A stretch of 64,000 nt of DNA. It comes from Tubiluchus corallicola (taxonomy: Eukaryota; Animalia; Priapulida). Location: NCBI GenBank assembly GCA_030141605.1, contig JAQGDQ010000250.1, forward strand, positions 1 to 64,000. Reading direction: 5' to 3'. Positions 13,862 through 26,899 of the stretch are shown here, piece after piece. Position numbers and translations under genes: made by a program. The first letter of the stretch is position 1; each line of letters opens with the position of its first letter. A model generated the notes under the pieces. The model was not told where the DNA came from and searched no databases. It saw only the letters and a program-made list of their open reading frames with translations.

Positions 13862-14215
13862 GATGTCACTAAAACTTACAGGCTTTATTTGGAAAGAAGC
13901 ATCTAATAACGGAATTGCATAGTTTTTCTTGGAATGTAAATTGTATTTTCAATATTTCATTCAAGGCAATTCTTCATCAACAAGCTCATGTAGCAGCAAA
14001 TTGACTGAATTAAATGTAGTACACGCGGTGTGAAACAACCATTATATACATTAACACTTCTCACGTAGTATAGTATTATTATCTATTAAAGGCGTAATCA
14101 GCGTTACTTGTCCACGATATTGATTCTTGTAGCAAATGCGTCTACACGATTTATAATAATAATAATGAGCCAGAACACCAGAGATCACAGCCGTTGCCAT
14201 TACTTGAGAAAATAT

Positions 14216-14584
14216 TGTTACGGTGACGAAATGCTATTTATTTTCGACTCCCCTCCTCCCACTCTACATCGTGATGGTCTCGTCCGTACGAAGCCATTGC
14301 ACAGTGGCGTTGAATACCAGGTGTAAACCGTCGCTATGAAATGGCTTCGTTAATTCAGTAGGTAAACAGACACGTGTTTTTGCCGTCACAGCACCTGTTC
14401 CGTAGACACAGCCAGCATGAAGTACACAGGGCAAGTTTATCTCAGTAAATCTCTGTCTGACTTTATAAAGTTTGCTTCATCCTGGCAGTGAACCCGGACT
14501 ACTTGGCCTCCGAAATACGAGGTAACGAACCGACCAGGGGGCCACCAATCAGTGCCCCTAGCGGTGAAGACCCACAACGTTACA
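14216..14584. mobile_element. Solo-LTR-like element, copy 1 of 3
   Basis: TGTTACG...CGTTACA termini with a 4-bp ATAT TSD. Colinear with about 40774-41167 and 59660-60085 (shared GCACCTGT(T/C)CCGTA, TGAACC and CCC(T/A)(A/C/G)...GGTGA motifs). Confidence 0.7.
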
Positions 14585-16611
14585 ATATTATATTACACAT
14601 CATTTTTATCCTACCATAACCAGTCTATGCCACCTAAACAATTATATTTTCCCTCACAAGCAGCAGTAAAATTGTAACATCAACTGTTTGCAAATTTTAA
14701 CGACTGTAATTTATTGGATTCCTAGCGAGCCGTAAGCAATGAGCGTCAGTCTAAAATTTCACAGCAAATGCTCACGATGTCAAATTTTGAGAAAATTTGC
14801 TTTATATCCGCTTGCTATACATGATTTAAATCGGCTTTATTAGAAGAAACATTTGTATACGTTCATACGGGTAAAGCAATGACAGAACAGAGCAGGTTCA
14901 GAGTCGAAATCACTTTTAACACAAGAGTGTACATCTCATATATATATATATATTGCTATCTCATCACATCTCATCTCATATATTGCTATTATAGTTTGTT
15001 TGGGTGATAGCCAGTGACCAGTCCGCGGATTTAGTTCCTTGCTGTTATCTATATCATAAGCAAAAGTGCCACACTGAACACGGGCTATGTTATTTTACTG
15101 TTTACTTTTTATTAATGCACAAATATATGTGTATCTGTGCCTAATGAACAATAAATGAATACAATTTAACGTAATACACCACAAACAGTTTCTGCCAAAC
15201 AGAAAGTACAGTACTGTGACAATATAGACCTATATCTCAGCCATTTTGTGGCTTCTCTTCAATCCCCTCACTGGCTGACCTATTAGTATATACGCTATAG
15301 AAATGGGATATTAACCAGTTTATAGAAAAACTAATACACATGTGAATATAGTGTATTTGCGCCATTACTGATTAACAATGACATTAAGTGCAATATGATG
15401 AAACTGTATATGGGTGCAAGCAAGATAACTAACTACTAAATAGGACGAACAGTCACGGCATGTAAGTGTTTGTTCATGATAGTTAAGCAGTGCCTAATTT
15501 CATTAGCAAATCGATAGACGACCCCCTGGAAACCTCCTTTGGGACGATTTCTTCTGTCATACTGCCATATTTTTCACGGTGATGTAAAATACTAAAACGG
15601 CTTTGCTAGTTCAGTATCTCGTCCTGGGATGATAACTGATAGATTCCGGTCCCGCTGCAATCATTCGTTATTTGCAGTACTAGCCCAGTGGACAGTTGGA
15701 GTGTTGGTGTTCCAGCTTCCATCCAACAGTATGCAGAACTGTGTAAAAAAATCTCTATTTTGGGTCAGTGAAAGTTCTGTATATTTGCCTAGATGCAGAA
15801 ACAGCACATTTGAGTTTTTTACACAAAAGAAATGGAAGTGATGCTGACAAGCCACTGGTACAGCAGTGTCTAGTTTCTTGCAGGATTAAATGCTGTGTTT
15901 ACCTGAAGGCAGATTTCTTTTATTTTAGAGCTGTGGGTGCCTGCTGTCTACAATAGACGTAATGGACATAATGACGATGATGATCACAAGAGAACACTGG
16001 CAAAGAAACCACGCTTTGAAGCCACACAAGTTGCACAAGAGATGTGTCAGCTGCGCTTCACTTCGTGTTTCCGCCCCGCAGTAAAGCTTTTAAATCGGAC
16101 AAAAACTCAAAATAGTGGCTACTGCCACGTGCAAGTTGCGTTTTGCCGGTCATATGGTAGTCAGAAGTGTAAATAACGAAAACAACGAACACGCATTCAT
16201 GTAATTCAAGTCGATAATCTAGACTATGAAGTTAAACATGCAGTACCAGCTGAGTTTGGCATTTTGCTCAATGCTAAACTTATATTTACATTCATCTGCA
16301 CGTCTAGCACATTCTCCTCTTAAATGGGCTCTTTCAAAAACATCTACTCTCGCTCTCTGACATCATTGGACTAAAAGATGTGCCCGTAAAAGCTGAGTTC
16401 CAGAAATATTCAAAGTTCAGCGAGCAGAATTTGACCCCCAAATATATAAAGTAACAGCTAAATGTCACTCAACGAATGACATTAATGCTTAAGGGCTTGA
16501 GGCTGCTAATAAAAACGTTTAAGAAGCATTTTTGATTAGTTGTTTCTATTATTTCAGTAAACCACACTCAAGGTGGTTTAAAGAGCTGTAAAAGAATTAG
16601 TTTATTGTAAC

Positions 16612-16946
16612 CAAATGGAACTCAGAAGCGGGAACAGTTAATTTTACTAATATAGTCATTTTTTATGGAAGTACGAACTTGGATTAGTTCCTTTTCTTAT
16701 TGAACGAAAATTCGTTCCCTTGTTTACTTCCACTTAGAGTTCACCTAATGAGCAAAAAACGACGAGAACGGTAAATTCGTTTTTGGTGCTTCGTAATGGA
16801 ACTAGTTCCTTTGCTAAAAAGTTAGAACTAGAAAGTTGAATTAGTTCTTATTTTGCTGAAGAACTTGCAACTGCAAGTTAGTTCTTTTTCTTACCGGAGA
16901 ACTCGGATTTGAACTAGTTCCTAAAACTAAGGAACGTTCGCAGTAT
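16612..16946. mobile_element. Degenerate MITE-like element rich in GAACTAGTTC palindromes
   Basis: Repeated GAACTAGTTCC / ATTAGTTCC / GAACG motifs like subterminal repeats of hAT-type MITEs; ends not resolved. Confidence 0.4.
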
Positions 16947-16987
16947 ACAAACATGGTGATTTAGTCCTTTTCTGGGTTGCTGTTTAA

Positions 16988-17530
16988 AGGAAAACCAGAT
17001 GATTGTGTAAACATTAGTTCAGAATAAAGAATGCTCTAAAATATTGAAAACTACAATAGCTTATTTTAAATCAAAGCTTAGATTAAATAATAATTACCTC
17101 GGATACTCAAATTTCGTTAAACTTTCAAAGCTACGCGCGGCTCAGTGAATCTACTAAGATTGGCAACGGCGCCTTTTTGTCACGTGCGCGTGGCCGACAA
17201 ATAGAAGGCGGTACCGTGATAACCATGATCATGAACTGCAGTGTTAGTTTCTGACGTCATATGATGTAGAGCCCATTTTCGTGACATCACGCGTTTAAGC
17301 AGTAACACTTACGCAAACGTGCTTGACGCGCAAGGGAAGATGCCTGCCATTGCACAAACTGTGGTTAGTTTCTGACGTAAGCAATAGCTGTGTTCGGTTG
17401 CCGTTAATTAACTTTCTAAGCTAATTATTCAAATATAAGAAACAATTGCTAACTTTTATAGGCAAGAAAATGTATATTTTGGACAGTAAATTAAAATGAG
17501 ATTGAGTCTAAACAATCGTCTGGCCTTCCT
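16988..17530. mobile_element. Kolobok/T2-like MITE family A, copy 1
   Basis: TTAA TSDs (16984-16987, 17531-17534), AGG...CCT termini, imperfect TIRs AGGAAAACCAGATGATTGTGTAAAC / AGGAAGGCCAGACGATTGTTTAGAC. Highly similar inverted copy at 54130-54677. Confidence 0.88.
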
Positions 17531-18462
17531 TTAAAGGTGTCCACTAAAAAACTTATCATATTTTATACCCGCTATGGGGACTAGGCGCTACATTAATTAA
17601 TTTTTTGACAAACTGAGTTTGATTTATCAATAGTTCTGTGAATTATGAATGAGGACAACCATTCAGGTGTTAATTGCTACGTCACGCAACAGGTGTGAAG
17701 CGCCAAATGCGTTGAGATGTGCAGCTTGGCTTTTCGTACGAATATTTTCAACAGAAATCCGATCATTATGTCAAATTCGCAATGTTCGCCTCGTTTATCC
17801 ATGATTCAATAAGTATAAAGCAATGTGATAGCAGGATATTAGTTAAGCACAAAGTCAGCAAGCCCAGAAACCTTAGAGCAGACAGTCTGGTCGTTTGAAC
17901 TGCGAATAATGTGTTCAATAATCAAAAACATATGAAATTTTTGTTTATTTAACAAGTGTAAAGTTCTTTTCACAGCAATCAGATCGAAATGTGACAATGT
18001 CATACTAAAAGAAGTCTTGTTGTTTGGCATCAGTTTATATGGGTTTTTTATTATTTTATCAAACATTTAGAATTCATTGAACATCGGAACAACCATCTGT
18101 TATTTCTCGCCTTTCTGTTGTGTATTATATATGAATGTAAGGTGTATATTGTGAAATTTGAGTAAATTTTGTTTTATGTTATCATGCATTTTACTTATCA
18201 TATTATGCCTATGTATTGTATTATGTATTATATGTATACTGTAATAAATTAATGTAAACTTCGTCTTGCGTTTATTATGTACTTTACTTATATTGTCCCT
18301 ATATATTGTATTATGTACTTATTGCATCTGTGTATGTAAATGAGTATTACCAGTTGTTTATACATTTAGTATACGTACAGTAGTTTTTAGTTTTTCTCCG
18401 GACGCATTTGCCTTTAGCAGAGCTTTAATAATTATTAATTAGTTTTAACACTAAGGATTGTG

Positions 18463-18565
<103 letters not shown>

Positions 18566-19239
18566 TCAAGAATTTGTTTCGGAAAGTACTTGTTGTGTAT
18601 TTCTATCAGTTAGGCGTCATTTTTAGCAACTTGCATAATGTAAGCGCACGCCTATTTACTTCCACAGTCGGTATATACTATTGTTTATTATTATTTACAT
18701 TTATTTATTTCAGGTTTAAATCAATGCATAGAGTACTATATAAAACAAATAAGAGATGCAGAATATAAAACTACATGCATAAACTAAAATCTGTACAAGA
18801 AGTGCACGGGTAAAAATGATTTCTTTCCTTGTTTTCAAGACAAAATATTTCAATCGAATGCACACTAGAAAGCTATTTTCACAAGCTTTGTTCATTTTAT
18901 ACTATTTTACTAACGGCAGGGTAGTGTTTTTTTACAAAGTTTGGTACTCTACAGGCCAAATTCCAGTATTCAACGGCAGGCCTGCTCTACAAAAGGGTGT
19001 AGCCAGACTGGAATCTTGCTTATTGTCAAAGACAACCTCTAAAATAAGATTCTGAACCGCCTGAGCGGTTTAGCCGTGTTCAGATATGTAGGAGCCCTCT
19101 TTTTGAAATTTGTAGCTATGTTAAACTTGTACTATGTATAACTTTGTACAGGATTCACTAAAAAATTTTATGTATATATTGCACACGCTACATATATAAT
19201 ATATACTTACATTAAACCAGGCAAATAGCAACAGAGATG

Positions 19240-19312
19240 CAGTTTTCACGGCCCCGCTCATACATTTACTGATCAGGCTGAGCATTGCTTAACCTCTGTT
19301 GCTAGGCAAAAT
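19240..19312 (-). mobile_element. Degenerate 5S-like SINE head
   Basis: CTCATACATTTACTGATCAGGCTGAGCATTGCTTAACCTCTG aligns at about 27/42 with the reverse complement of the 5S internal control region. Confidence 0.4.
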
Positions 19313-20957
19313 AAATTAAGCCCTTTCTTCGCCTCATGATACGTTGGTGTACAGTACTCAAATCTTGTTTACACCATACACGCTCGATTTTGCCTCTTTT
19401 GGCTATTCAAACAGGTGTGCCGTTGTATGCCGAAAATGATTCGTTCTTGTGTGCACTTCATGTGTAATACAATGTCTGTTAGAATTATTCATTAGTATTT
19501 CGTTTAGTTTAACGATTTTAGCATTGACTTGTACATCATTACTAACTATTCAAATAAAGCGAAAACGCTTTTAATCTTTTCTATTCTCGGTTTACTAATG
19601 TTTTATTAAACAAATTTAATGGCCCTTTTTCCAACAGAAAATTATCACTAGCAGCTTGCATTTGCTGTTTAGGGCCATTCTGACCCCCAAGTTGAAAATC
19701 AGAACATGCTTAGATTGCAAAGTCAGAGACTGATATCGATTTACATCCCTTAGTCCGAGGAGAACTTAAATCTGAGCAGGATTACTAAATTGATTTCTGT
19801 CTTACACTTGGCCTTAATTTTGGAACCATCGTGCTCTTCACTCAGACATCACAATAAATCTTCGCGCGCAAAGCAACGCAAAGCATCTGTGATTTTTCAC
19901 GAATGTGCGGAGTGGATTACCATTGCAGAAAATCCTAAAAATGTGACATAATCTATACGTCTGAATGCCAATACATCGTGAAATTTCTGTCACCCGTAAT
20001 CCTATTCGTACCGATCAATGAAGATTTTCTTTAAGATTTGATGTATAAATTTAAGTTTGAATAGCCCCTCGCGGTCGGCTTTTACATTATTAATGCGCTT
20101 TTTTCTCCTTGAGAAAGGGAGGCTGGTGTGAAATAAAAACTTTCGCTGGCTTTCCTATTCCTATGCAAAATAATCTTCGCGGCGTAAATGCATTTTCTAA
20201 TTACCATTTTCATCATTTTAATCATTTTCTTACATTACTTATCGCAAAACACGCAACTATTGTGATTTAAATTAGCGCCCTTTTTCTTTCTTATGCCTCT
20301 TTTCCTCTTCTTGTACTTTTTTGCTTTCCAGCCTGTTCATATGTACTCAGCAATAGTCGAAAACGTTTTCAAATTCAAAAACAATTTTACGAAAGTTAAA
20401 ATGTTTCATTAATGACACAAAGCTCTGCAAAACAAAACCTTATGTAAAATCTTTGATAAATTTACTCCTGTGCTTATCATAGGTGTGGATGTACATCTAC
20501 ATAATCTAGATTATATGCAGACTTGTTATCTCTAGTATTGTATTTATGACAGTAATACATAGGCATAGAATTGGTGTACTTAACTATATAGCACATTGCA
20601 TTTATTTTATCTTTGTTGTTCTCGATGTCTCATTTTGGTAACGTCTTTTTAGACTATAGTTTTTTCTTTTTCCGGTTACCCAATGTTATTTGTCTCGGAT
20701 TATGTAGAATTATAGTCAATACACTAACTAACTAACTAACTACGGTTTGATACTTTGCATGCCAGGGCGCCACACTGGTGTTCTAAATCACACCACGCTG
20801 TGTCACTGTGGTCGCATACATGAAGTGTCTAGCTCGAACTGGGACCACTGACAAAAGTTAATCGATAATTAGATTTAGAAGGAGGAAGCTGTGAAAGATT
20901 ATGAGGCACCCAGGATTCGAACCCAGAAACTTGTGGTATCAGTAAGTAAGTACTTAC

Positions 20958-21081
20958 CCAAAATGGTATAACCGGTAAGCTTATCAATATGGCTACCAAC
21001 CACGTGATCAAGAGAATTTTGCGCCCATTTCTCATGGTGCACACTGTCCGAGATCTCATTGGGTACACAATAACGACAAAT
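20958..21081 (-). CDS. Class A peptide GPCR, second coding exon (ICL2 and TM4)
   Basis: Acceptor TTTTTTGTACAG|A completes the AG+A Arg codon, giving ERFVVIVYPMRSRTVCTMRNGRKILLITWLVAILISLPVIPFW (W4.50, S-L-P). Donor TGG|GTAAGT at 20958/20957, phase 0. Splice phases match the upstream exon exactly. Confidence 0.93.
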
Positions 21082-21240
21082 CTGTACAAAAAATGAACAA
21101 AATTTAATGCGTTGCAGTCAGGAATTATGTTAACAAAAATTTCAGTGAGATGAAAAAACTAAGCCACAGATTATTATTATTATTTTTGTGGCTTTGCCAT
21201 TTGTTTGAGCTTAACATTTTCTTAATCAGCTGCAACTTAA

Positions 21241-21856
21241 AGGAAGACAGGATGATTTTTCGTATACTATCCCATTTTGAAGTCCGATAAATTGTATACA
21301 TTTTCACACAATTAATGCTGCAAAAGTGTTTCTGATAATTAAATAATAGATTAAAAACTTAATTAACGGCGGGCGAGCCCAACTATTGATGACATCACAA
21401 ACTAACATAATTTTCAACAGCAAAAATATTCCACTAGCGTGTTGCACGTGTCTGCGAAAGTGAAAATTCAAGTACAGTGCTACTGTAAGATATTCAGTGT
21501 GTTGTACTAAAACTAAGCAAGTTTTAAGATAAAAATTTAAATTTCAAATTTACTGCTGTGCTAGCGCATGAGCAGTCGAACGTGTGTAATTCGTCATAAA
21601 CTAACACATCTAAACTGAAAGGTACGGCACCTGTTTTTGTACAATGCGTTCCGAAATGTAGGCGCTAGTGCCAGTCTAACTAGCGAACGGCGAAATGCAT
21701 GTAACAGCGAAGAACTAGTGGCGCGAATACGAAATTGTGTTTATGTGGTAATAATTCTTTCGCGTAAGTCATTTTTGAAAAAATAGTATGTTTCCTTTTA
21801 ATATTTTAAAGACTACAATGTTTTGACCCACACTTTAAGATTAGGTCCGTTTGGCT
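21241..21856. mobile_element. Kolobok/T2-like MITE family B, copy 1
   Basis: TTAA|AGGAAGACAGG start and GGCT|TTAA end; colinear inverted copy at 52633-53236. Lies about 160 bp from the exon 2 acceptor. Confidence 0.85.
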
Positions 21857-24047
21857 TTAAAATTTTCCAATGACACACTGGGAACTACAATAGGAAATTC
21901 AAAATTATAATCTTATTATGGTTTCGCGAAAAAAACGCTTGAACATTTATTTACATCTATGTGATGAGTGGGACAATCTGGCTAGGCCACCAGGGACAGT
22001 GCAACACTGAGAAAAATGGCGTAAAAACACCAAAAATGACTGCTGCACGTATTTTAGATAATTGTGTCATTCCACGAAAGGAAATGCTATAATATAGGTG
22101 ACAGGATGAACGTAACTTATGGAAATATGGGTAGCTGTGGGTAAGCCACCAAGGACAAAGCAAGACGAAAACAGAATAATAATTAAGACTGAGAAAAATG
22201 ACGTGTGAACAGTAAAATTGACAGGTGCACATAATTTAGATCATTATATCATTACTCGGAAAAAGTTATAATATTGATGTCAGCTTGGAGCCATTGGTCA
22301 GCTTGACTATAACATTTAGTTTAATTTAATGCTTTATTTCAAAACAAGTTCGTATTTAGTTACTGTAGCACAAACATTAATGTAAGTTTATCTTACTATC
22401 AGTAGAAACCATGGCGGTCCAACTTAATGATAAAAGAATCGATCATTGCAGTTATTGGTTCATGTTATCCACATGTATTTTATTAGCACACCACAAGCAG
22501 AACTTGCCTGAAATACTTGTGCACCTAACACGCCACAAGCCCTTTACAGGAAACATGTTTAAATACTCAAATAATATTTTAAAAATGTTTTAAACAGCCT
22601 GACCAAAATTGAACAGTCTATTAGAAGAAGAAAAAATGGCGATATTCCTGCTGTTAAAAAAGTAAAAAAATATATTATTTTTGTTACTCACTACAAGTAA
22701 ACGAATATGCCTTCGTATTTGATGTAGGACTGAAACTGTAACGCCAAACTGTTTCAATAATACTTCTCACGATTAAACATTTTCAAGACATTTTTTTGCT
22801 AACGTGACAGCGGCATAATGCTTTTTAGACAAAGACGCCTGCAGACACTTTTTGCTGAAGTAACAAGAATAATAGAGCTTTTATCTGAAGTGTCCACGCT
22901 GCATGTCGTTTTGCCCTGGGCTTTTATCTAAAATGACCACGCGGCGAATAATGCATGCATTTTCGCGAAACCTTATAACATAATGAGAAGAGATGTCTTG
23001 CTATAGGCAATGAAACATCAAATACTTGTACGCCTAACGATACTTGGCACGTTATTCACCTCATTACGAGCGAATCCGTGACGTTGAAACTAGCATGGAT
23101 CAGGAATTTCGCTCGTGTCGCAACTTACAGTACAATATAATTTGGTTTAAATTTAACATTTTAATATTTTATATCAAAAATATCCGTACAAACTTTACGG
23201 CTACTATAACGCTTCCTGAGTGGACATATTGTCCGAAACTTTGCTAATTATGTGCTCATACTTAGTCAAACTAAAGGCGTTCATTGTACAAACTAATTAT
23301 AATCTTAAACTAATATTTATATTAATATTAAATTAAACTATTTATAATCTTAAATTTAAACTATTGAAGAATGATGAAGAAATTCCGCGGTTATTTTATA
23401 TTTTTGAAACCAAATTGGGCTGAGACAAAAAATAGTTAGAAAGCTCGAAAGCAAGTCAGATTTTGGGTCATTGTTTGTGCATTTGGACTGCATTAATATG
23501 TCTGCTGAAGACGTTCGACTTGCAATCTTAAAGTTCTACTTCACGTCTAAAGCTGAGTTTACTAGTTGGCGTGAACATTTTAATTTATAATCTTTTCTAA
23601 TAACGTCTTTCAAACAGGTAAGCCTGATGCAAAATAATATAACTTTGTACGGAAAGTTTTTTGGGCGTACTTTAAAATTGCATTTTGTTTCCTTTAATGA
23701 TACTTTGAGTATTCAGTTTATTTCTTTTGACTGTGGCATCTGCACGCTCAATAAGATCTTTTAACCTCAGACAAAGTCTTAGTGTTTTTTCATCATAATC
23801 ATTTCAAATTTCTTGTTCATAGAAGAAATGAAAACTGACAAGCGAGTTCATTAGAAAATACCAGGCTGTCGTCTAGACGCAATTACCGCTACGTTATCGT
23901 TCATGCACGAAGCGAAAGATTTCTCAGATAATTAGACAACGCCGTCTTGATTTCTAATGATCCATTAAGCACAACAAACTGGAACAGAACGTACAAGCAA
24001 ACGAATCGATTGAACAGTGAAATAGGGGCGCTGTTGAATTACCAAAT

Positions 24048-24272
24048 AACTGACTAACTGACTTGATAGATGGCCGAAGGACCGACTGACAAACCGACAG
24101 ACTGCTGACTCAAAGGCAGGCTGATTATTGTCTAGCTTGCTTGGCTGGTTGATGGCCAGTCGACTGACTGTCGGTTAACTATTTGCCTACCAACCAACCA
24201 ACCAACCCACCAACCATCTAACTAACCACCAGCTCTTGCCTTTGGCTGTTTGGCTTGTTGATTGACTGAATC
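24048..24272. repeat. Degenerate (ACTG)/(ACCA) tetranucleotide repeat region
   Basis: GACTGACT, ACCAACCAACC and GGCTGGTTG runs. Confidence 0.7.
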
Positions 24273-25979
24273 AGCCGGTTATTTATGACCGTAAAGGTGC
24301 TCGTAATTAACTAACAAAGTGAATGATTCGTGGACTGAATTACTTCTAAAAACACTTTAACGAAACGAAATATAAAATAATTACGTCGCTTAATAGCATC
24401 GTTTATTCTTTGGCTTTTCATAAACAAGTTTGCCAGAAGCTCATAATTTCAAAAACTACAAGATGGATTTCATTAAAAACTACTAATAATGATGCTTAAT
24501 GATGTAACAAGCTTTCATAGTGGAATCATAATCTTCTTTCAAGCATTACTGCATCGTGCAATTAAGACAACCACGTAAGTCAGAGAAATTTATTGCGAAT
24601 AATTACTCAAAGTTATTTGGTAATTGCAGTGAAAGTGAATAAACCAGACTAAGGAGATGGAAAGGAAGCGTAGCGGAAGAATTCTCAAGTTACGCTGAAT
24701 TCAGTGAGTCACTGAGTGCATGATGAATATTTCGCTGAGCCGAATCTCAGCCGATTATAACTGCTACTAAAAAGAAACAGAGCTAAATTAGAAAGTCTGC
24801 AAAATTTTTACACGTCAACTTGGACTTGAACCCAAGATCTTCTGTACTTCGGGTAGCTATATTAGGAATAGGAACCGTTGGGACGCTGCATTCTTTGGAG
24901 TGCGGTGTTCTTGACTTTTTTCACTTTTAAATCCATAAGTAAATTCACTTTTGAAAGAATGCCAATAAGAGCAAAATCTTAAACTGAAAGGCTACGCTAA
25001 ACTTTTGCAAGAGAATCCAATGATTTCATTTTACAGCCAAATGTCTATCAAATGCTTTAAGTGCATATCAATACACATCAATACACGCCCCATAAAATTC
25101 ATCAAATAAATGCTCAAACCCAAACAGATATATCATACACACACATGTACAACCATGTCAAGTGATTCCCTTTAGAATAGGTATATATAGGTAAACTGGA
25201 TATCTACCACGCGCAAACTGGTTTATAGAAAAGTTGGCGTTGTTGTCATGGTTAAAGTGACAATCAAGATTTATGCACCCATTTCACCGACGTGAAAAAG
25301 CCTTTGGTCCTCTGCACCATGGAGTTGTTTTTGTTTTATTAATTAGAATGGGGATAAATAATAAATTTTTAAACATTTTTCAAAATACGCAACCCAGGGC
25401 TACTCTTCCCTGGGGACGTAACTGAAAGCGTTGCGTCTACTATACGATTAAAGCAGGGATGAATTTTGAATGCTGCTTTGTTTTCAATAATTAATGTTAA
25501 TGACTTGGCTCAATATATTTAATTCTGAATGTGGCTCTGTTGATGTTTATGCCGTCAAAGTAAATTGCAGGCCCCACCCCCAATGATGCATACAGACGAT
25601 TAATACAAATGTCAAATATCCATTTATTCACTGCAAACTCGGTTTATTTTGTAGTAAATGAGTATGTTGTATACTGAGAGTGATTAATGAAAGCCTAAGA
25701 AGCCTGGCGCAGATGTTTCTACTATAACTTTAATTGAAAAGACTTTTACACTCTTGATCTTTATGTTTCCATATTCATCGTCAAGAATCAACAAAATAGT
25801 CTATAACAAAGACTAAGAACCTTACTGGACAGGCAAATGGCTTTTATACCATGATCTGTATACAGTTTGGCTCGAAATGTATTTAACTACTGAACCCATT
25901 ATTATATGAGAGAGCTCTTCTGAGTCTTGTCATCTTTAACATGAATAAAAGTTGATTGTCCTTTACAGTCTCACAATAG

Positions 25980-25980
<1 letters not shown>

Positions 25981-26067
<87 letters not shown>

Positions 26068-26076
26068 TATTTATTT
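25981..26076. repeat. (TTTA)n microsatellite expanded within the left PLE arm
   Basis: Seen directly; only about 4 units in the right arm. Confidence 0.95.
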
Positions 26077-26109
26077 CAGGAGCTTTCGCCCTAACGGCCT
26101 CATCAGCTG
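26077..26109 (-). ncRNA. Minimal type I hammerhead ribozyme motif
   Basis: Minus strand CAG-CTGATGA-GGCCGTTAGGGC-GAAA-GC-TC|CTG. Conserved core; stem I CAG/CTG; stem II with one G.G mismatch; palindromic AGCT stem III (dimer-type). Predicted cleavage between 26080 and 26079. Confidence 0.7.
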
Positions 26110-26182
26110 GATAGAATTTTGCTGCTGACCTGAGAGAGTGACGAACAGTCTAACCTAACCTCTCTCAGGTTAGTAGCACAAG

Positions 26183-26650
26183 CGGGGTCAGTTTTAAGCC
26201 ATTTTGAGAGATTTCTTCAAATTGAGCCCTGCGCCAAGAGTTGAGGACTCTATAATGAATTGATGGTGTGCAGTATGCACGAAGTTTCGTGATACTGTTA
26301 AGACAGTGACACCATTCAGTTCTCTCCTCGTATATCTACGTTTCAATATTTTTTACTGCTCATTTGTTTATTTGTTTTGTAATTTCAGTTTATCGTCTTA
26401 CTTTTAGAAGGTACGTGCACAAATTGTATGTCAGTAAATATCTTGTCTTGTAACAAAACATTAAACATTTCATACAGGTTTTCAATTGCTAGTACATATC
26501 ATTGTGGCTAGTGGTGGACCCTCAATCCCTTAACACTTTGTGGCTAAGACTGGCGTACTACACGAAGCATAAAACATCAATCTTCAGTTTTGTAGGGGCC
26601 ATCGTTAGTAGTTTTCTAACTGGGCGCCGCACTTCCTAGCACAGGCCCTG
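26183..26650. mobile_element. hAT-like MITE inserted into the PLE palindrome
   Basis: Termini CGGGGTCAGT / ACAGGCCCTG (CAGGGCC type) and 8-bp TSD AGCACAAG (26175-26182) / AGCACAAA (26651-26658). Removing it restores a continuous palindrome. Confidence 0.75.
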
Positions 26651-26664
26651 AGCACAAATCTATT

Positions 26665-26696
26665 CAGCTGATGAGCCCATTGGGAAAAACCACAAG
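26665..26696 (+). pseudogene. Decayed hammerhead ribozyme motif (second arm)
   Basis: CAG-CTGATGA-GCCCATTGGG followed by AAAAACCACAAG in place of CGAAAGCTCCTG; the catalytic core is disrupted. Confidence 0.65.
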
Positions 26697-26899
26697 AAAT
26701 AAATAAATAATCCGTTGTGAGACTATAAAGGCTATTCAACATTTTATTCATGTTAAACCTGCTATTATTCCATGTGAGTCTGAAATATAACAGGCTTTCC
26801 CTTTCATTAATATTGAAAAGACAATGGATAGATAGATAGAAATTCTGTTGGGACTGAACTCTCGTAGTGCTACAGTTATTTTCAATTAGTTTTATTTAC

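Larger units (their letters stand above)
13528..15390. repeat. Inverted repeat pair, arms about 13528-13740 and 15172-15390
   Basis: GAGAAGCCACAAATTAGCTGAGATATAGGT vs ACCTATATCTCAGCCATTTTGTGGCTTCTC; TAATGGCGCAAATACACTATAT vs ATATAGTGTATTTGCGCCATTA. Confidence 0.85.
25935..26757. mobile_element. Palindromic Penelope-like (PLE) pseudo-LTR element with two inverted hammerhead motifs
   Basis: Left arm 25935-26138 is the reverse complement of 26160-26182 plus 26659-26757, with a 21-nt central spacer once the hAT insert is removed. Each arm has a CTGATGA hammerhead core followed by AAATAAA(TAAA)n and TGTGAGACT(A/G)TAAAGG, the layout of PLE pLTRs. Confidence 0.8.

Noticed and set aside
15600-16180. 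Overlapping plus-strand ORFs suggesting a decayed coding sequence
   Set aside because: No recognisable domain motif.
20905-20935. tRNA gene (GGTTCGAATCC B box on the minus strand); similar motif near 24830
   Set aside because: No cloverleaf or A box; at most a SINE remnant.
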